A stretch of 64,000 bases of DNA from an uncultured delta proteobacterium (GCA_963715335.1 CAVQRZ010000006.1:90237-154236); one strand, 5' to 3'. Positions 47,589-60,989 are shown, counted from the stretch's first letter. Made by a program: numbers and translations. Notes: generated by a model not told the origin, from the letters alone.

Positions 47589-49082
47589 TTACCAACGCCT
47601 CTTCGGAGGACGACGGCTGCCAAAGCCCATCTCCTGTTTGTGTTGCTCGGGGTCCATGCCCGCTTCGATGGCCTGCTCACGCAGCATCGGAGGAACGACT
47701 ATGCGTTCCTTGATCCTGGTCAGTGAGGTCATACGATAGATGGCATCAACGGCCTCTGAACTCAACTGGGCGATCGTGCAAGCCTTGGTGGCTTCTTCGG
47801 CGGGAAGATCTCCAACCGTGGCACTGCGACGTTGGATTCGTACTGAGATCAGCTTGCGATAGACCGCCTTGACTTCCTCCTCATTCCCGCCCGCAAACAG
47901 ACTGGCAAGGTATTGCATCGGCAGACGGGCCTGTTCCAGAGTGGAGAAGAAATCATCAGCCAGCTTCTGTTTCCCCTGGTTATCCATCGACATGACCGGC
48001 AACAGCGGCGGCACATAGAAGAGCATTGGCAGAGTCCTGAATTCAGGATGCAGAGGCAAAGCGATCCCCCACTCCTTGACGAATTTGTAGACCGGTGACT
48101 TCTGGGCTGACTCGATAATTTCCTCGGGTACGCCAGCCTTCCTGGCCTCCGCGATGACCTGGGGATCAAAGGGGTCAAGGATCATTTCTCTCTGCGCCGC
48201 AACCAGGTCCTTGTCGTCCCGCTTGGCAACCGCTTCGATCTGATCAGCATCGTAGAGCAGAACGCCCAGGTAGCGGATACGACCAACACAAGAATGGAAA
48301 CAGGCTGGCGCTTCTCCGGCCTCCTGGCGTGGATAGCAAAGAATGCACTTTTCCGACTTGCCCGTCGACCAGCCGTAATAGGTTTTCTTGTAAGGACATG
48401 CGGAAACACACATCCGCCAGCCACGGCACTTGTCCTGGTTGATTAGAACTATCCCGTCCTCGCCCCGCTTGTAGATCGCCCCGGAGGGACAGCTGGCGAC
48501 ACAGCCGGCGTTTAGACAATGGTTGCAGATGCGCGGCATGTGGAAGAAAACCATCTTCTCGATAGCAAACAGCTGCCGTTGCTCTTCAGCGGTGAGCTTC
48601 ACTACGCCCGGATCATTGGCCGCGTAGATATTCGAACCGGAGAGGTCATCATCCCAGTTGGGACCGGCCTCGATTTTCATCGGTTTGCCGGTGACCATCG
48701 AAACCGGACGTGCCGTTGGCTGATCATCTCCGGCCGGTGCGCTGGTCAAGTCTCCGTAGCGATAGGTGAACGGCTCGTAATAGTCATCCATGGTCGGCAG
48801 GTTCGGATTGTGGAAGATTTTCCCCAGTGTGCCGCCGCGACCGCCGATTTTCAGTTGCAAGGATTCTCCATTTTTCTCCCAGCCGCCCTTGTACTGTTCC
48901 TGGTCTTCCCATTTGCTCGGATAACCGGTGCCCGGCTTGGTTTCCACGTTGTTCCACCACATGTACTCGGCGCCTTTGCGATCGGTCCACAGGTTCTTGC
49001 AGGCGATGCTGCAGGTATGGCAACCGATACATTTGTCGAGGTGGAAAACTGATGACACCTGTGCGCGTATATTCATAGTCAT
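47589..49082 (-). CDS. narH: Respiratory nitrate reductase beta subunit
   Basis: DKCIGCHTCSIACK, WWNNVETKPG, CNHCLN, CRGWRMC; start 49082 or 49076. Confidence 0.96.
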   Translation of the reverse strand: MTMNIRAQVSSVFHLDKCIGCHTCSIACKNLWTDRKGAEYMWWNNVETKPGTGYPSKWEDQEQYKGGWEKNGESLQLKIGGRGGTLGKIFHNPNLPTMDDYYEPFTYRYGDLTSAPAGDDQPTARPVSMVTGKPMKIEAGPNWDDDLSGSNIYAANDPGVVKLTAEEQRQLFAIEKMVFFHMPRICNHCLNAGCVASCPSGAIYKRGEDGIVLINQDKCRGWRMCVSACPYKKTYYGWSTGKSEKCILCYPRQEAGEAPACFHSCVGRIRYLGVLLYDADQIEAVAKRDDKDLVAAQREMILDPFDPQVIAEARKAGVPEEIIESAQKSPVYKFVKEWGIALPLHPEFRTLPMLFYVPPLLPVMSMDNQGKQKLADDFFSTLEQARLPMQYLASLFAGGNEEEVKAVYRKLISVRIQRRSATVGDLPAEEATKACTIAQLSSEAVDAIYRMTSLTRIKERIVVPPMLREQAIEAGMDPEQHKQEMGFGSRRPPKRRW

Positions 49083-49089
49083 AGCTCCT

Positions 49090-52000
49090 TTACCAGTTCG
49101 GCTCCCCTTTGAGTTTTCGCACCATGATATAGGTGTCCCGGTTGGCGCCGGTCGGCCCCCAGTAGTTCCAGCCATAGGTGAACTGGCCATAACCGCCCAG
49201 CATCAGGTTCGGCTTGAGCCGGATCCGGTTCAGACTGTTATGCCCGCCGGCCCGTTTGTTGCCACGCAGTGGCGACTTGGGAACACCAATTGTCCGTTCC
49301 GGAGAATGATAGAGGAACGAGATGCCGCGCGGCAGACGTGAGCTGACGATTGCGCGGGTGACGACAACTCCGTGGTCGTTGTAAACCTCGACCCAGTCGT
49401 TATCGACAACACCGATTTGCTCGGCATCCTGGTCGTTGAGCCAGAAGGGGTGACACCCTCGCGAAAGAGTCAGCATTCGATGGTTATCGCCATAGGTGCT
49501 GTGGATGCTCCACTTGCCGTGAGGAGTCAGGTAGTTGAGCATGATGCTCTTTTCTTCTGTCTCCGTGACCAGGAAGTCCTGCAGCGTACTATGGTCCGGC
49601 TTTGGCTTGTAGGTCGGCAGGTGTTCACCGGCTGCGATATAACCCTGGTGGTCGAGGTAGAAATGCTGTCGGCCGGTCAAAGTCCGCCAGGGGACCAGGT
49701 GCTCGACATTAAGGCAGAAGCCGGAATAGGCCCGCCCGTCGGTCACCAGGCCTGACCAGACAGGGCTGTTCAGGAAGCGGCGCGGCTGACGGTCAAGGTC
49801 GGCGAAGGTCGTTCTTATGTCGCGGCTGCCTGCTGCCAGCTGGGTCAAGGGTAAACCGACCTTCTTCTCTTCTGCTGCAAATGCCCGGAAAGCCGCCTCG
49901 CCGTTGGTTTCCGGAGCCAGTGCAAGGATCACGTTGGCGGTGTCGATCGCGTCCGCCAATGATGGGTAGGTTTTGCCACCCCAGGTTTCAGTCGGATTCT
50001 TTTCGACCAGCTCGTCGTACATGTCCTCGATCTGCCAGTTGAGGCCATGGGCGCCGATACCACCGTTACGGGCATTCGGCCCGAAAGAGATAAACCGCTT
50101 GTAAAGGTTGACGTAGTCCCGTTCGACCACTACGAAGTTCGGCATCGTCTTGCCGGGGATCGGCTCACACTCGCCCTTGCTCCAGTCCTTGATCTCGGGC
50201 TGGGCCATCTCCGCCGGCGTATCATGCTGCAACGGCACAGCGACAATCTCGCGAACCGGCTCCGGCAGGTGGGTTTCAGCCAGTTCACTGACTTTCTTGG
50301 CCAGTGATTTGAAGATATTCCAGTCGCTGCGCGACTCCCAACAGGGCGGCACAGCTTCCTGCAGCGGGTGAATGAAGGAGTGCATGTCGGTGCTGTTGAG
50401 ATCGTTCTTCTCGTACCAGGTCGCCGTCGGTAACACGATATCCGAATAGAGCGCCGAGGTGTCCATGCGGAAGTTGATATCAACTACCAGGTCGAGTTTC
50501 CCTTGCGGGGCATCTTTATGCCACTTCACATCCTTGACAAATTCTTCAGCGGTTTCCGGGGCCACGGTGTTGGTGTGTGTACCGAGGTAATGCTTGAGGA
50601 AATACTCATGCCCTTTGGCACTCGACATCAGGGCGTTGCCGCGCCAGATAATCCACATCCGCGGCCAGTTTTCGGGCGCGTCAGGGTCCTCGACGGCGAA
50701 CTTCATCTTCTTCTCTGCGAGCTGTTTGACGGTCCAGTCGACGATCGCCTGGTTATCTTTGGCACCTGCAGCCTCCGCCTGTTTCACCGCCTCGATCGGG
50801 CTGCGGTCGAACTGCGGATAAAAGGGCAGCCAGCCGTTGCGCACAGCGCGAATCTGGTGGTCTATGGTGTGACCTTCAGTGATCTTGCTGTTCTCCGCGA
50901 CCGGGTTGATCTTGAGCTCGTCTGAAGTCTTTTCATAACGCCACTGATCGGTGTGAACATAGTGGTAGGAAGGAGCGTTCTGGAAGCGGGGCGGCTTCGA
51001 CCAGTCGAGCGCCCCCATGATGGACGCCCAGGGAGCCACCGGGGCCAGCTTTTCCTGACCGACGTAATGATTCAAACCGCCACCGTTCTTGCCGACGCAG
51101 CCGCACAACATCAGTGAGACAATGCCGGCGCGGTAAATCAGGTTGGCGTGGTACCAATGGTTGATGCCGGCGCCGATAATGATCGAGCACTTGCCTTCAG
51201 TCTGCTCGGCAGTTGACGCCCATTCACGGGCGAACTGGATGACGTTGGCACGATCGATGCCGGTAAATTTTTCCTGCCAGGCAGGGGTGTAGACGGCATC
51301 ACTGTCATAATCTGCCGGGTAGTCGCCGGAGAGACCGCGGTCAACGCCGAACTGGGCCATCAGCAGGTCATAAACTGTGGTCACGGCTATCCGGCCTTTA
51401 GCCGTTTCGAGATAGCGAATCGGGACCCCACGTTGCACGGCATTGCCGTCTGAAAAATCGTCAAAGAGCACCTGCAGGGCTTCATCGCCACCCTCCTGCA
51501 GGGAGAGGGCTGGAGCGATGTCGGAGCCATCCTGACCGTCCTTCATCTGCAGGTTCCATTCGCCCTTTTTCTCCTGCCAGCGGAAGCCGAGCGTTCCCAT
51601 CGGCATGCGCGGTTGCTGGCTCGCTTCGTCCCAGACCAGATACTTGAAAGTGCCGTTTTCTTCCTTGCTGTAGCGTTCCAGGTCCCCAGCCCTTGCCATC
51701 CGGCCCGGGTAGTAGACGCCGTTCTTCTCCTGTAATTCAATCAGGAACGGGGTGTCGCTGAAGCGTTTCAGATAGTCCATGAAGTAAGGCGTTTTGGCCT
51801 TATGATGAAATTCTGAGAGGATGACATGGTTGACCGCCATCCAGAAGGCACCGTCCTGTCCGGCATGGGCGGGAATCCACCAGTCGGCGAACTTCGAGGT
51901 CATGCTGAAGTCTGGAGAAAGGACCGTAACCTTGGTGCCGTTGTGGCGGGCCTCGGTCAGGTAATGCACGTCCGGGGTCCGGGTCATGCCGGGGTTAGAC

Positions 52001-52710
52001 CCCATGACGGCGATGTACTTGCTGTTGTACCAGTCTGCGCTCTCGGCAACATCAGTCTGCTCACCCCAGATCTCGGGTGAGGCGTTGGGCAGGTCGCAGT
52101 ACCAGTCGTAAAAGCTCAGGTTAGCGCCGCCCAGCAACTGCATAAAGCGGGAGCCGCCGGCGAAACTGAGCATCGACATGGCCGGGATTGGTGAGAAGCC
52201 GACCAGGCGATCGGCGCCGTATTTCTTGATAGTATAGATCGTCGAGGCAGCGATGATCTCTTCAACTTCATCCCAGCTTGAACGACGGAAGCCGCCCTTG
52301 CCACGGGCCTGCTGATATTTTTTCCGACTGGCTGCATCTTCAACAATAGAAGCCCAGGCATCGATCGGATCGCCATGTTCGGCTTTGGCCTGCCGCCAGA
52401 GATCGGTCAACACACCACGCAGGTAGGGGTATTTGATTCGCAGAGGGCTGTAGAGATACCAGGAGAACGAGATGCCGCGCTGGCATCCACGCGGCTCATA
52501 AGGCGGGATACCTGCTTCCAGTTCAGGGTAATCGGTGGCCTGTAGCTCCCAGCCGACAATTCCATCCTTGACGTGTACATTCCAGGAACAGCCGCCGGTG
52601 CAGTTGACACCGTGAGTACTGCGCACCACCTTGTCGCACTGACTGCGATTACGGTAGAACTCCTCCCATCTTCGCGACTTGGGATCGACGATATCTTTTA
52701 TCCAGCTCAT
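49090..52710 (-). CDS. narG: Respiratory nitrate reductase alpha subunit
   Basis: [31 protein letters not shown]; no Tat leader. Confidence 0.96.
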   Translation of the reverse strand: MSWIKDIVDPKSRRWEEFYRNRSQCDKVVRSTHGVNCTGGCSWNVHVKDGIVGWELQATDYPELEAGIPPYEPRGCQRGISFSWYLYSPLRIKYPYLRGVLTDLWRQAKAEHGDPIDAWASIVEDAASRKKYQQARGKGGFRRSSWDEVEEIIAASTIYTIKKYGADRLVGFSPIPAMSMLSFAGGSRFMQLLGGANLSFYDWYCDLPNASPEIWGEQTDVAESADWYNSKYIAVMGSNPGMTRTPDVHYLTEARHNGTKVTVLSPDFSMTSKFADWWIPAHAGQDGAFWMAVNHVILSEFHHKAKTPYFMDYLKRFSDTPFLIELQEKNGVYYPGRMARAGDLERYSKEENGTFKYLVWDEASQQPRMPMGTLGFRWQEKKGEWNLQMKDGQDGSDIAPALSLQEGGDEALQVLFDDFSDGNAVQRGVPIRYLETAKGRIAVTTVYDLLMAQFGVDRGLSGDYPADYDSDAVYTPAWQEKFTGIDRANVIQFAREWASTAEQTEGKCSIIIGAGINHWYHANLIYRAGIVSLMLCGCVGKNGGGLNHYVGQEKLAPVAPWASIMGALDWSKPPRFQNAPSYHYVHTDQWRYEKTSDELKINPVAENSKITEGHTIDHQIRAVRNGWLPFYPQFDRSPIEAVKQAEAAGAKDNQAIVDWTVKQLAEKKMKFAVEDPDAPENWPRMWIIWRGNALMSSAKGHEYFLKHYLGTHTNTVAPETAEEFVKDVKWHKDAPQGKLDLVVDINFRMDTSALYSDIVLPTATWYEKNDLNSTDMHSFIHPLQEAVPPCWESRSDWNIFKSLAKKVSELAETHLPEPVREIVAVPLQHDTPAEMAQPEIKDWSKGECEPIPGKTMPNFVVVERDYVNLYKRFISFGPNARNGGIGAHGLNWQIEDMYDELVEKNPTETWGGKTYPSLADAIDTANVILALAPETNGEAAFRAFAAEEKKVGLPLTQLAAGSRDIRTTFADLDRQPRRFLNSPVWSGLVTDGRAYSGFCLNVEHLVPWRTLTGRQHFYLDHQGYIAAGEHLPTYKPKPDHSTLQDFLVTETEEKSIMLNYLTPHGKWSIHSTYGDNHRMLTLSRGCHPFWLNDQDAEQIGVVDNDWVEVYNDHGVVVTRAIVSSRLPRGISFLYHSPERTIGVPKSPLRGNKRAGGHNSLNRIRLKPNLMLGGYGQFTYGWNYWGPTGANRDTYIMVRKLKGEPNW

Positions 52711-53237
52711 GCTGTTCCTCCCTTTCTGAAACGGGCCTGTTCAACCAGTGGACGTCGCACAGCTTTGAGCCGTCGCCACCCCAAGGCACCAAACACCACA
52801 AACAACAGACCCGTTGCCACAATGACGTGGCCTGCGAGACCGACTCCGATATCGGCGCTTGCGTTGTTTGCCACTGCAGCAAAAAAGGCCGTCAGATCTG
52901 CAACTTCACCTTCACTCAGGGGACGTTCAGAAAAAATTGCCGACATACTTGCAAATGCGGCGGGGTCATCCAGAACGGCCGTGACCCCTTCTTCGCCGTA
53001 ATTCTCAAACAGCGAGGTCAGGTCTGGGCCATAAGTGGCGCCGGCGGCATAACCCAACTCGTGCCCGGCGATCCCGTGACAAGCCAGGCAGGGAGCTCCA
53101 CCCGCAGCGAATGCGATTGAACCGACAAACAGCGCTTCGCCGCGCAGCGGATCTCCGGCCTGACTCCAAACTGATACCGGAAGCAGAAGGAATCCCGCTA
53201 CCAGCAACAACAAGCAATTCCATAGTCGTCTAGTCAT
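52707..53237 (-). CDS. narC: Membrane-anchored cytochrome c (NarC-like)
   Basis: Signal peptide, CLACH, GPDLT, C-terminal TM helix; overlaps narG start. Confidence 0.8.
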   Translation of the reverse strand: MTRRLWNCLLLLVAGFLLLPVSVWSQAGDPLRGEALFVGSIAFAAGGAPCLACHGIAGHELGYAAGATYGPDLTSLFENYGEEGVTAVLDDPAAFASMSAIFSERPLSEGEVADLTAFFAAVANNASADIGVGLAGHVIVATGLLFVVFGALGWRRLKAVRRPLVEQARFRKGGTA

Positions 53238-53439
53238 CGGCTCACCTCACCCTTATGCAGCGCTTCTCCGTATTCAGTTTTCGTTATCGTGCAGTGGAAA
53301 AATCAGGACGCTTGGCCCCATGTGTCACCCGAAAAATTCAAAATTCAACAAAGCCACAAATCTCTGTAGCAACTCTAACAACAACCCAGCGACCGTCCAG
53401 AGCTTGATACCAAAATAATATGCTGTTTTATTTTTATAA

Positions 53440-53453
53440 TTGACGTACGTCAA
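53440..53453. promoter_or_regulatory. Perfect Crp/Fnr-family (HcpR-like) palindrome
   Basis: TTGACGTACGTCAA in the nar/mob divergent region; minus-strand -10 (TATTTT, 53417-53412) at class II spacing. Confidence 0.75.
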
Positions 53454-53473
53454 AAACACGCAAAATTAACAAC

Positions 53474-53501
53474 TTGATTTTATTTCAAGGCTTTATATAC
53501 T
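53474..53501 (+). promoter_or_regulatory. sigma70 promoter for mobA-mod-moeA
   Basis: TTGATT-16-TATACT. Confidence 0.5.
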
Positions 53502-53510
53502 GGGCTCGCT

Positions 53511-54110
53511 ATGCAATATTCGCACAACGAAATTCACATGGACACAACCGGTGTTTTACTCGCTGGCGGGGCCAGTAGACGGATGGGGTTTGACAAGGCC
53601 TTTGTGCCGATAACTGGCAAGGCCCTCTATACTCGTGCGCTTGATTTTCTCTGTCGATATTTCAAGAACGTTATTATTGCCGGAGACAGGCCGGACCTGG
53701 CATGCCCGGATATCCCTGCGATTCCGGATATATACCCGGGGAGCGCCCTGGGCGGGCTGTTCACCGGCCTATCTGCGGCAAAGACCGACTGGATCTTTGT
53801 TGCCCCCTGTGACATGCCATATCCCGACCCCCGCATACTCGAACAACTCCTTGTCTTGCGTAACAGGGCCGATGCCGTGGTACCAAGGACGCCGGTGGGA
53901 TTTGAACCGGTCTTTGCCCTTTATCATAAGAACTGCCTGCCTCACATGGAGGCCATGCTGCGCAACAGCCAGTTCCGGATTTTCGATTTTTACCAGAAAA
54001 TCCGTGTGCAATATCTCGACTGGCACAAGATGCCTGGAGATTGGCAACGCAGCCTGTTGAACATCAACACCCCTGAGCAGCTTGCGCAGTTGCAGAGAGG
54101 TCAAAAATGA
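53511..54110 (+). CDS. mobA: Molybdenum cofactor guanylyltransferase
   Basis: LLAGGASRRMGFDKA, PCDMP, NINTPE; start may be 53538. Confidence 0.93.
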   Translation: MQYSHNEIHMDTTGVLLAGGASRRMGFDKAFVPITGKALYTRALDFLCRYFKNVIIAGDRPDLACPDIPAIPDIYPGSALGGLFTGLSAAKTDWIFVAPCDMPYPDPRILEQLLVLRNRADAVVPRTPVGFEPVFALYHKNCLPHMEAMLRNSQFRIFDFYQKIRVQYLDWHKMPGDWQRSLLNINTPEQLAQLQRGQK

Positions 54111-54617
54111 GCTCCGCCCGCTGTTTCCATCGTCGCCAAAAGCGGTACTGGGAAAACAACTCTGCTTGAGAAACTTATCACCGAGATGAAGCGACGAGGT
54201 TATAAAGTAGGTGTGATCAAACACGATGCGCATCGTTTTGATATCGATCACGAAGGCAAGGATTCCTGGCGGCTGACCCGGGCCGGGGCAGACACAATGC
54301 TGATCACGTCGCCGGACAAACTCGCCATGGTCAAAAAATATCCTCCGGAACTGGAACCGGACTTGGCGGAGAGCATCGCAGCCTATTGTGCAGATGTTGA
54401 TATCGTCTTGACTGAAGGGTTCAAAAAAAGCACGATGCCCAAGATCGAGGTTCATCGCCGGGCCCGAAGCGACAAGTTGCTTTGTCGCGACGAGGGCCAC
54501 GACCCGACCCTGATTGCAGTTGCTTCCGATAGCAAACTGGAAGTTGATGTACCCCTGTTCGACATCAATGATGCGCCAGGACTTTGCGACCTGATCGTAG
54601 AGCGATACCTGTCATGA
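54107..54617 (+). CDS. mobB: Molybdopterin-guanine dinucleotide biosynthesis protein B (start one base out of frame)
   Basis: VSIVAKSGTGKTTL, IKHDAH, EGKDSWR, EGFK; ATG at 54107 is not in the coding frame. Confidence 0.88.
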
Positions 54618-54963
54618 GCAAGTTACGGATACGCAGCAAGGTATGGCTGGAAGTCGATGGCAAGCCTTTTCTTGGCGATGGTCGTCACCGACTGCTTGCG
54701 GCAATACAACGTAACGGTTCAATCAGCTCCGCAGCTCGTGAGTTGAACTTGTCTTATCGCAAAGTCTGGTCTCAGTTGCAAGCCATGGAAGAGACGGCAC
54801 CCTTCTCCCTGCTGGAGCGCCGGGTCGGCGGCAAGGACGGCGGTGCAACCCATCTCACGCCTGGATCCTCGAACTCATGACACAGTTTGAGAAAATGCGC
54901 ACAAGCGTCAATGCTGAAGCAGACCGTTGCTTTCTTGAGTGCCGCGCCTCGGCAAAAAGGTGA
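54614..54963 (+). pseudogene. modE: ModE-type winged-helix regulator, frameshift near 54863
   Basis: GSISSAARELNLSYRKVW...GGKDGGATHLT; continues ILELMTQF... in another frame. Confidence 0.75.
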
Positions 54964-55786
54964 TGGTCATGCGTAGCGCTGTTTTTATCGCCCTGTTGCT
55001 CTTGGTTGCCGTTCCGACATGCGTCGGCGCAAGCCAACCTATTGTGATCTTTGCAGGTTCTGCATCGCAGCCACCGCTGCAAGAAGCTGTCGAAGCATTT
55101 AAGGCAAAGACCGGCATTCCGGTAACTCTTCACATGGGCGGCTCTGGAGCGATGCTCAGCCAGATACGGTTGACCGGACAGGGCGACCTATACATTCCGG
55201 GATCGCCAGACTTTATGACCAGGGCACGGGAGTCTGGTTGATTGTGGTGAGCCGGGATTCTCGCCTATCTGGTTCCAGCCATCATTGTTGCAGAGGGAAA
55301 TCCTCTGGGGATTAGAAGTTTACAGGATTTAGCAGGGTAGGTCTGCGGGTCGGCCTTGCCGAACCGGCAAGCGTCTGTGTTGGCCTCTACGCCGTTGAAA
55401 TCATCGAGCACAATGGGATGCTCGAACAAGTCCGTCCGAATCTGCGCGGGATGGTGGAGAGCTGCGCCAAAGCTGCTGCGATGATCCCCCTCAAGTTAGT
55501 CGATGCAGTGCTCGGTTGGCGAGAATTCGCCGCCTGGAATCCTGAAACGATGGATACCGTTCTGCTCGCTCCGCATGAAATCCCGCGTCTTGCCTACATC
55601 CCGGCCGGTAAATTGCGACACGCCAGGAACCCCGGTGGAGCTGAAGCGTTCATCGCCTTCCTGAAATCGGCCGAAGGATCGGCGATTTTCCAGAAGTGGG
55701 GCTATCTGACTGACGAAAACGCTGCACGCAAGTTTGCTCCTTCGGCGAAAATCGGTGGCACCTATACACTCCCGGAGGGATGGTGA
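54963..55786 (+). pseudogene. modA: Molybdate/tungstate-binding protein, several frameshifts at ~55230-55340
   Basis: FAGSAS, GGSGAMLSQI...GDLYIPGS, then broken frames until MLEQVRPN... Confidence 0.75.
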
Positions 55787-56571
55787 TGCTGCAGCGCGAC
55801 ACCGTCTTCAAGCTCAGCATGCTCCTGCCGCTGGCGATCCTTGCCGGTTATTTTCTGCTGCTGCTCCTCAGTCAGTCGACGTACTTCAATCCTGCGAGTT
55901 TCATCACACAGCTATCACAGCCCGACATCGTTTCGGCTATTACCCTCAGCCTGATTGCCGCAACGGCAAGCAGCGGAGTCGCAATCGCCCTGGCAATTCC
56001 ATCTGCTTACGCGCTGGCCCGCATCGACTTCCCCGGCAAACGCCTGATCGATACTTTTATTGATCTGCCTATGGTTTTGACACCGATCGCGCTCGGGACC
56101 CTGATTCTGATGTCGTGGAATACGGCATTCGGCAGAATGCTCACCGGTTTCGGGCTGACCCTGCCCTTTACCATGGCCGGCGTCATCGTCGCCCAATTCA
56201 CTGTTGTCGTCGCCATCAGCGTACGTATGCTCAAGGCAACCTTCGAACAGGTCAACCCGCGACAGGAGCAGGTCGCCCGACTGCTCGGCTGCTCGGCCTT
56301 CGGCAGCTTTTTTTATGTAACCCTGCCTCTGGCCAAACGTGGCATTCTCGCCGCAATTATCCTGACCTGGGCCCGCGCCGTTGGTGAATTCGGGGCGACT
56401 GTCATGGTCGCAGGCACTGCCAAGGGACAAACGGCCACGCTGCCGAGCAGCATCTATCTTGCCATGTCGATGGCCGACCTGCCGAGGACCGTCACCCTGG
56501 TCATCATTCTGATCGGGATCTCCCTGCTGGTCCTCTTCGGGGTCCGTATGCTGTCGGAGAGAGCCCAATGA
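55780..56571 (+). CDS. modB: Molybdate ABC permease
   Basis: DLPMVLTP, WARAVGEFGAT. Confidence 0.88.
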   Translation: MVMLQRDTVFKLSMLLPLAILAGYFLLLLLSQSTYFNPASFITQLSQPDIVSAITLSLIAATASSGVAIALAIPSAYALARIDFPGKRLIDTFIDLPMVLTPIALGTLILMSWNTAFGRMLTGFGLTLPFTMAGVIVAQFTVVVAISVRMLKATFEQVNPRQEQVARLLGCSAFGSFFYVTLPLAKRGILAAIILTWARAVGEFGATVMVAGTAKGQTATLPSSIYLAMSMADLPRTVTLVIILIGISLLVLFGVRMLSERAQ

Positions 56572-57655
56572 TCAGGGTCGAACAATTGACCGCTGAACGG
56601 GGGGATTTCTGCCTCGGTCCTGTTGACCTGACGCTGAACGAGGGCTCCTACCTGACCATTCTCGGTCCATCGGGAGCTGGAAAAACCATTTTTCTGGAGA
56701 CCTGCATGGGGCTACTCGCCCCCAGTTCCGGGCGGATTTGGCTCAACGATCGAGATGCCACAAATCTGGCTCCTGAGGACAGGCATATCTCGTACCTCCC
56801 CCAGGACCTCACCCTTTTTCCGCACCTGAGCGCCCGGGACAACATGATGTTCGGGGCAAAACACCGCAAACTGGAAACGGCCAGGTCAAATCAAGGCTCG
56901 ATGACCTCGTTGAATTGCTTGATCTTAAAGCCATTATCGATCGCGATGACGTGACGACTTTATCCGGGGGAGAGAAACAACGGGTTGCCCTTGCCCGAGC
57001 CCTTCTGCCCGGCCCTCAACTGCTGTTTCTTGATGAACCTTTTTCTGCTCTTGATGCCAACATCAAGCGACTCTTGCAGGTCAAGTTGCGGGAGATCAAC
57101 AAACAGCTGGGGGTGACCATTCTGCATGTGACCCACGACCAGGAAGAGGCGTTCATGCTTGGCGAAAAAATTGCCGTCATGATCGATGGACAGTTTCGAC
57201 AAATTGGCGAACGGGACGAGATCTATTATCAGCCTGGCACACTTGAGGTCGCACGCTTTCTGCGCAACCAGAACATCTTCGATCTGGAAATCGAGGAGAT
57301 CCTGCCGGATGGTTCGTTGTCTCTCGGCAACAACCCGAGGTTAATCGCCCCCGGCTTTGCAGAGGCCGCACCCGGCACGAGGGTCGCTGTCGGAATCCGT
57401 TCTGAAGAAGTTGTTATCATCCGGCCGAACAAACCGATCGGCCCGGAGCTTCAGGAGAACCTGTTCCATGCGACAGTGGCCGATATCCTCGTTTTCGGCG
57501 GGACCCAGACGCTTTGTGTCAAACTGAACGGCAGTGAGACAACGGTCGATGTCGAGTTGCCGAATTGTGCCATGCGGGATCTTGGGTACTCGATTGGCGA
57601 CACCTTGCAAGTATGCTTGCGCAAGAGAAGCCTTTGGACCATACCGTTGAATTGA
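56568..57655 (+). pseudogene. modC: Molybdate ABC ATPase, frameshift near 56890
   Basis: GPSGAGKT in ORF 56568..56954; LSGGEKQR/LDEPF in ORF 56915..57655. Confidence 0.8.
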
Positions 57656-57676
57656 AGTGTTTCAGGGAGGAACGCC

Positions 57677-58864
57677 ATGATCAGTTACGATGAGGCTCTG
57701 CAACGGGTTGTCGAGTCGGTATCGCCGATACATGCCGTTGAAATTCCCCTGCAGGAAGCTGCCGGGCTGGTTCTCGCCGCATCCGCGACGGCCCGCTGGA
57801 AGATGCCCCCGTACGACAACTCCGCCATGGATGGCTACGCTATCGGCTCTCCGACGGAGGATATTGAGTCGGGACTTCCTGATCATTGGCGCCTCCTATG
57901 CCGGGCATCCCTTTTCAGGCAGTGTCAACCCTGGTGAAGCCGTTCGCATAACAACCGGTGCCGTCCTGCCTGCCGGAGCAACCACTGTCATTCCAATTGA
58001 AGATGTCGAGGAAAACAGCGGTCAGATCCTTCTCAAGGTGCAGCCGGAAGCAGGGCAGAATGTACGCTATGCAGGAGAAGAATACCGTTCTGGCGAAGTC
58101 CTGGTTGAACCAGGGACAACCTTGCGAGCCGGCGAAATTGCCCTGCTCGCAAGTGCCGGGGTCGAAAACGTCAGTGTTTATCCCCGCCCGCGCGTCGCCG
58201 TGATTTCAACCGGGGATGAACTGGTGGAGCTTGGTCAGGCGCCCGGGCCAGGACAGATCATTAACTCAAACTTGCATTTCCTCAAAACACGCTTGGACGA
58301 ATGTGGCTGTATTCCAATCTGCCTGGGAATTGGAGGAGATGAACAGCAGACGCTTGACCAACTCATCGATCAGGCGCTTGACGCCGACATCATCATCACA
58401 ACAGGTGGTGTTTCAGTCGGTGAAAAAGACCATGTTCAGGCGACCCTGCAAAACCGCAATTTTGAAAAAATCTTCTGGAAAGTTGCCATTAAACCTGGCA
58501 AGCCTTTGCTCTTCGGTAAGGTCGATGACAAACCGTTTTTCGGGCTGCCGGGAAACCCTGCCGCCACGGCAGCGACCTTTGAACTGTTCGTCAAACCGGC
58601 GCTCAAAAGACTTGCCGGGCATGTCGACGTTTTGCCCGAGAAACGCATGGCGACCTTGACGCATGAAGTTAAAGGTGGCGGAAAACGTCAAGCCTTTCTG
58701 TGGTGTACGCTGAACTGGGTCAACGCGGCGTATCAGGTCACCGCATCGCAGTGGCAGGGGTCGGGACAGAACCGCTGTCTTACAGCCAAGAATGCCATGC
58801 TGCCCGTCCCGACAGACCTCAAATCATTATCCCCGGGGAACAGGTCGAGGTTCTTTTGATCTGA
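57677..58864 (+). pseudogene. moeA: Molybdopterin molybdotransferase, frameshifts near 57875 and 58835
   Basis: PPYDNSAMDGYA in one frame; RITTGA, STGDEL, GGVSVG, GLPGNP in the next; last residues EQVEVLLI in a third. Confidence 0.82.
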
Positions 58865-59101
58865 AGAAGCATCACGACATGAAAACCCTTTGGGAGCCGC
58901 ATTTAGCACAGCCGTTGTCATAGTCGAGGGATAAACCACAGCGATTTACGTTGAAATTTGCACCACAATTTGTTACACAAACATGGCTCACAATGCGTCT
59001 GCAGCAACTCCTTGCAAACGTAAATTCTGAGCACTTGGAGACAGATGGCGAGAGGCGAGAGGCCTCCATCAACTCCACCAACTCTCTCGTTGAGACATGG
59101 C

Positions 59102-59374
59102 ATGTTGAACCCCAAACAACATAAAGCCTACTGCGATTTCTATGACTCTGTCCGTGATACGGAGCATCTCGATTCCCGCACTGCGGCCATGATCGGACTG
59201 GCGGCAGCCATGGCCCGGGAGTGCCAGCCATGAATCGAGCACTACCTTGGCGTGGCCAGGGAGCAGAAAATCACAGACCAGGAGATCGGCGCCATCCAGG
59301 GGATCGTCATGGCGGTCTCGGCCGGCAAGATCAACGCCCTGATGCGCGAAGCCACCTCTCCCTCGCGGGACTGA
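59102..59374 (+). CDS. AhpD/carboxymuconolactone decarboxylase-like selenoprotein (CxxU)
   Basis: MLNPKQ...IGLAAAMARECQP-UGA-IEHYLGVAREQKITDQEI...; SECIS-like hairpin 11 nt after the UGA. Confidence 0.8.
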
Positions 59375-59419
59375 TCCATACCCTGCAATTTCCAACGGCA
59401 ATCTCTTCGGAGGTGATCC

Positions 59420-60822
<1,403 letters not shown>

Positions 60823-60835
60823 AACATTAATTTTT

Positions 60836-60950
60836 AACGCAAAGGCGCAAAGACGCGGAGAGAAAACCTAACAACATAGGCTCCTAATAGTTTTTGATTT
60901 TTAACAATATATTATTTTTTTCTTCCTTTGCGACTTCGCGTCTTTGCGTT
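60836..60950. repeat. Inverted octamer (NCGCAAAG) repeat element, copy 2
   Basis: ACGCAAAG-GCGCAAAG-ACGCGGAG ... CTTTGCGA-CTTCGCGT-CTTTGCGT around an AT-rich spacer. Confidence 0.75.
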
Positions 60951-60989
60951 TAATTGATTTTGAGATTTTGATTCAGACAGGTTTCAATT

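Noticed and set aside
55230..55340. TGA codons in modA as selenocysteine
   Set aside because: They arise from frameshifts, are not at a Cys position, and have no SECIS
59351..59366. CCACCTCTCCC as the displaced selC 3' end (attR)
   Set aside because: Only a loose match to the expected CCCACCTACTCCCGCCA, and it lies inside the selenoprotein coding sequence
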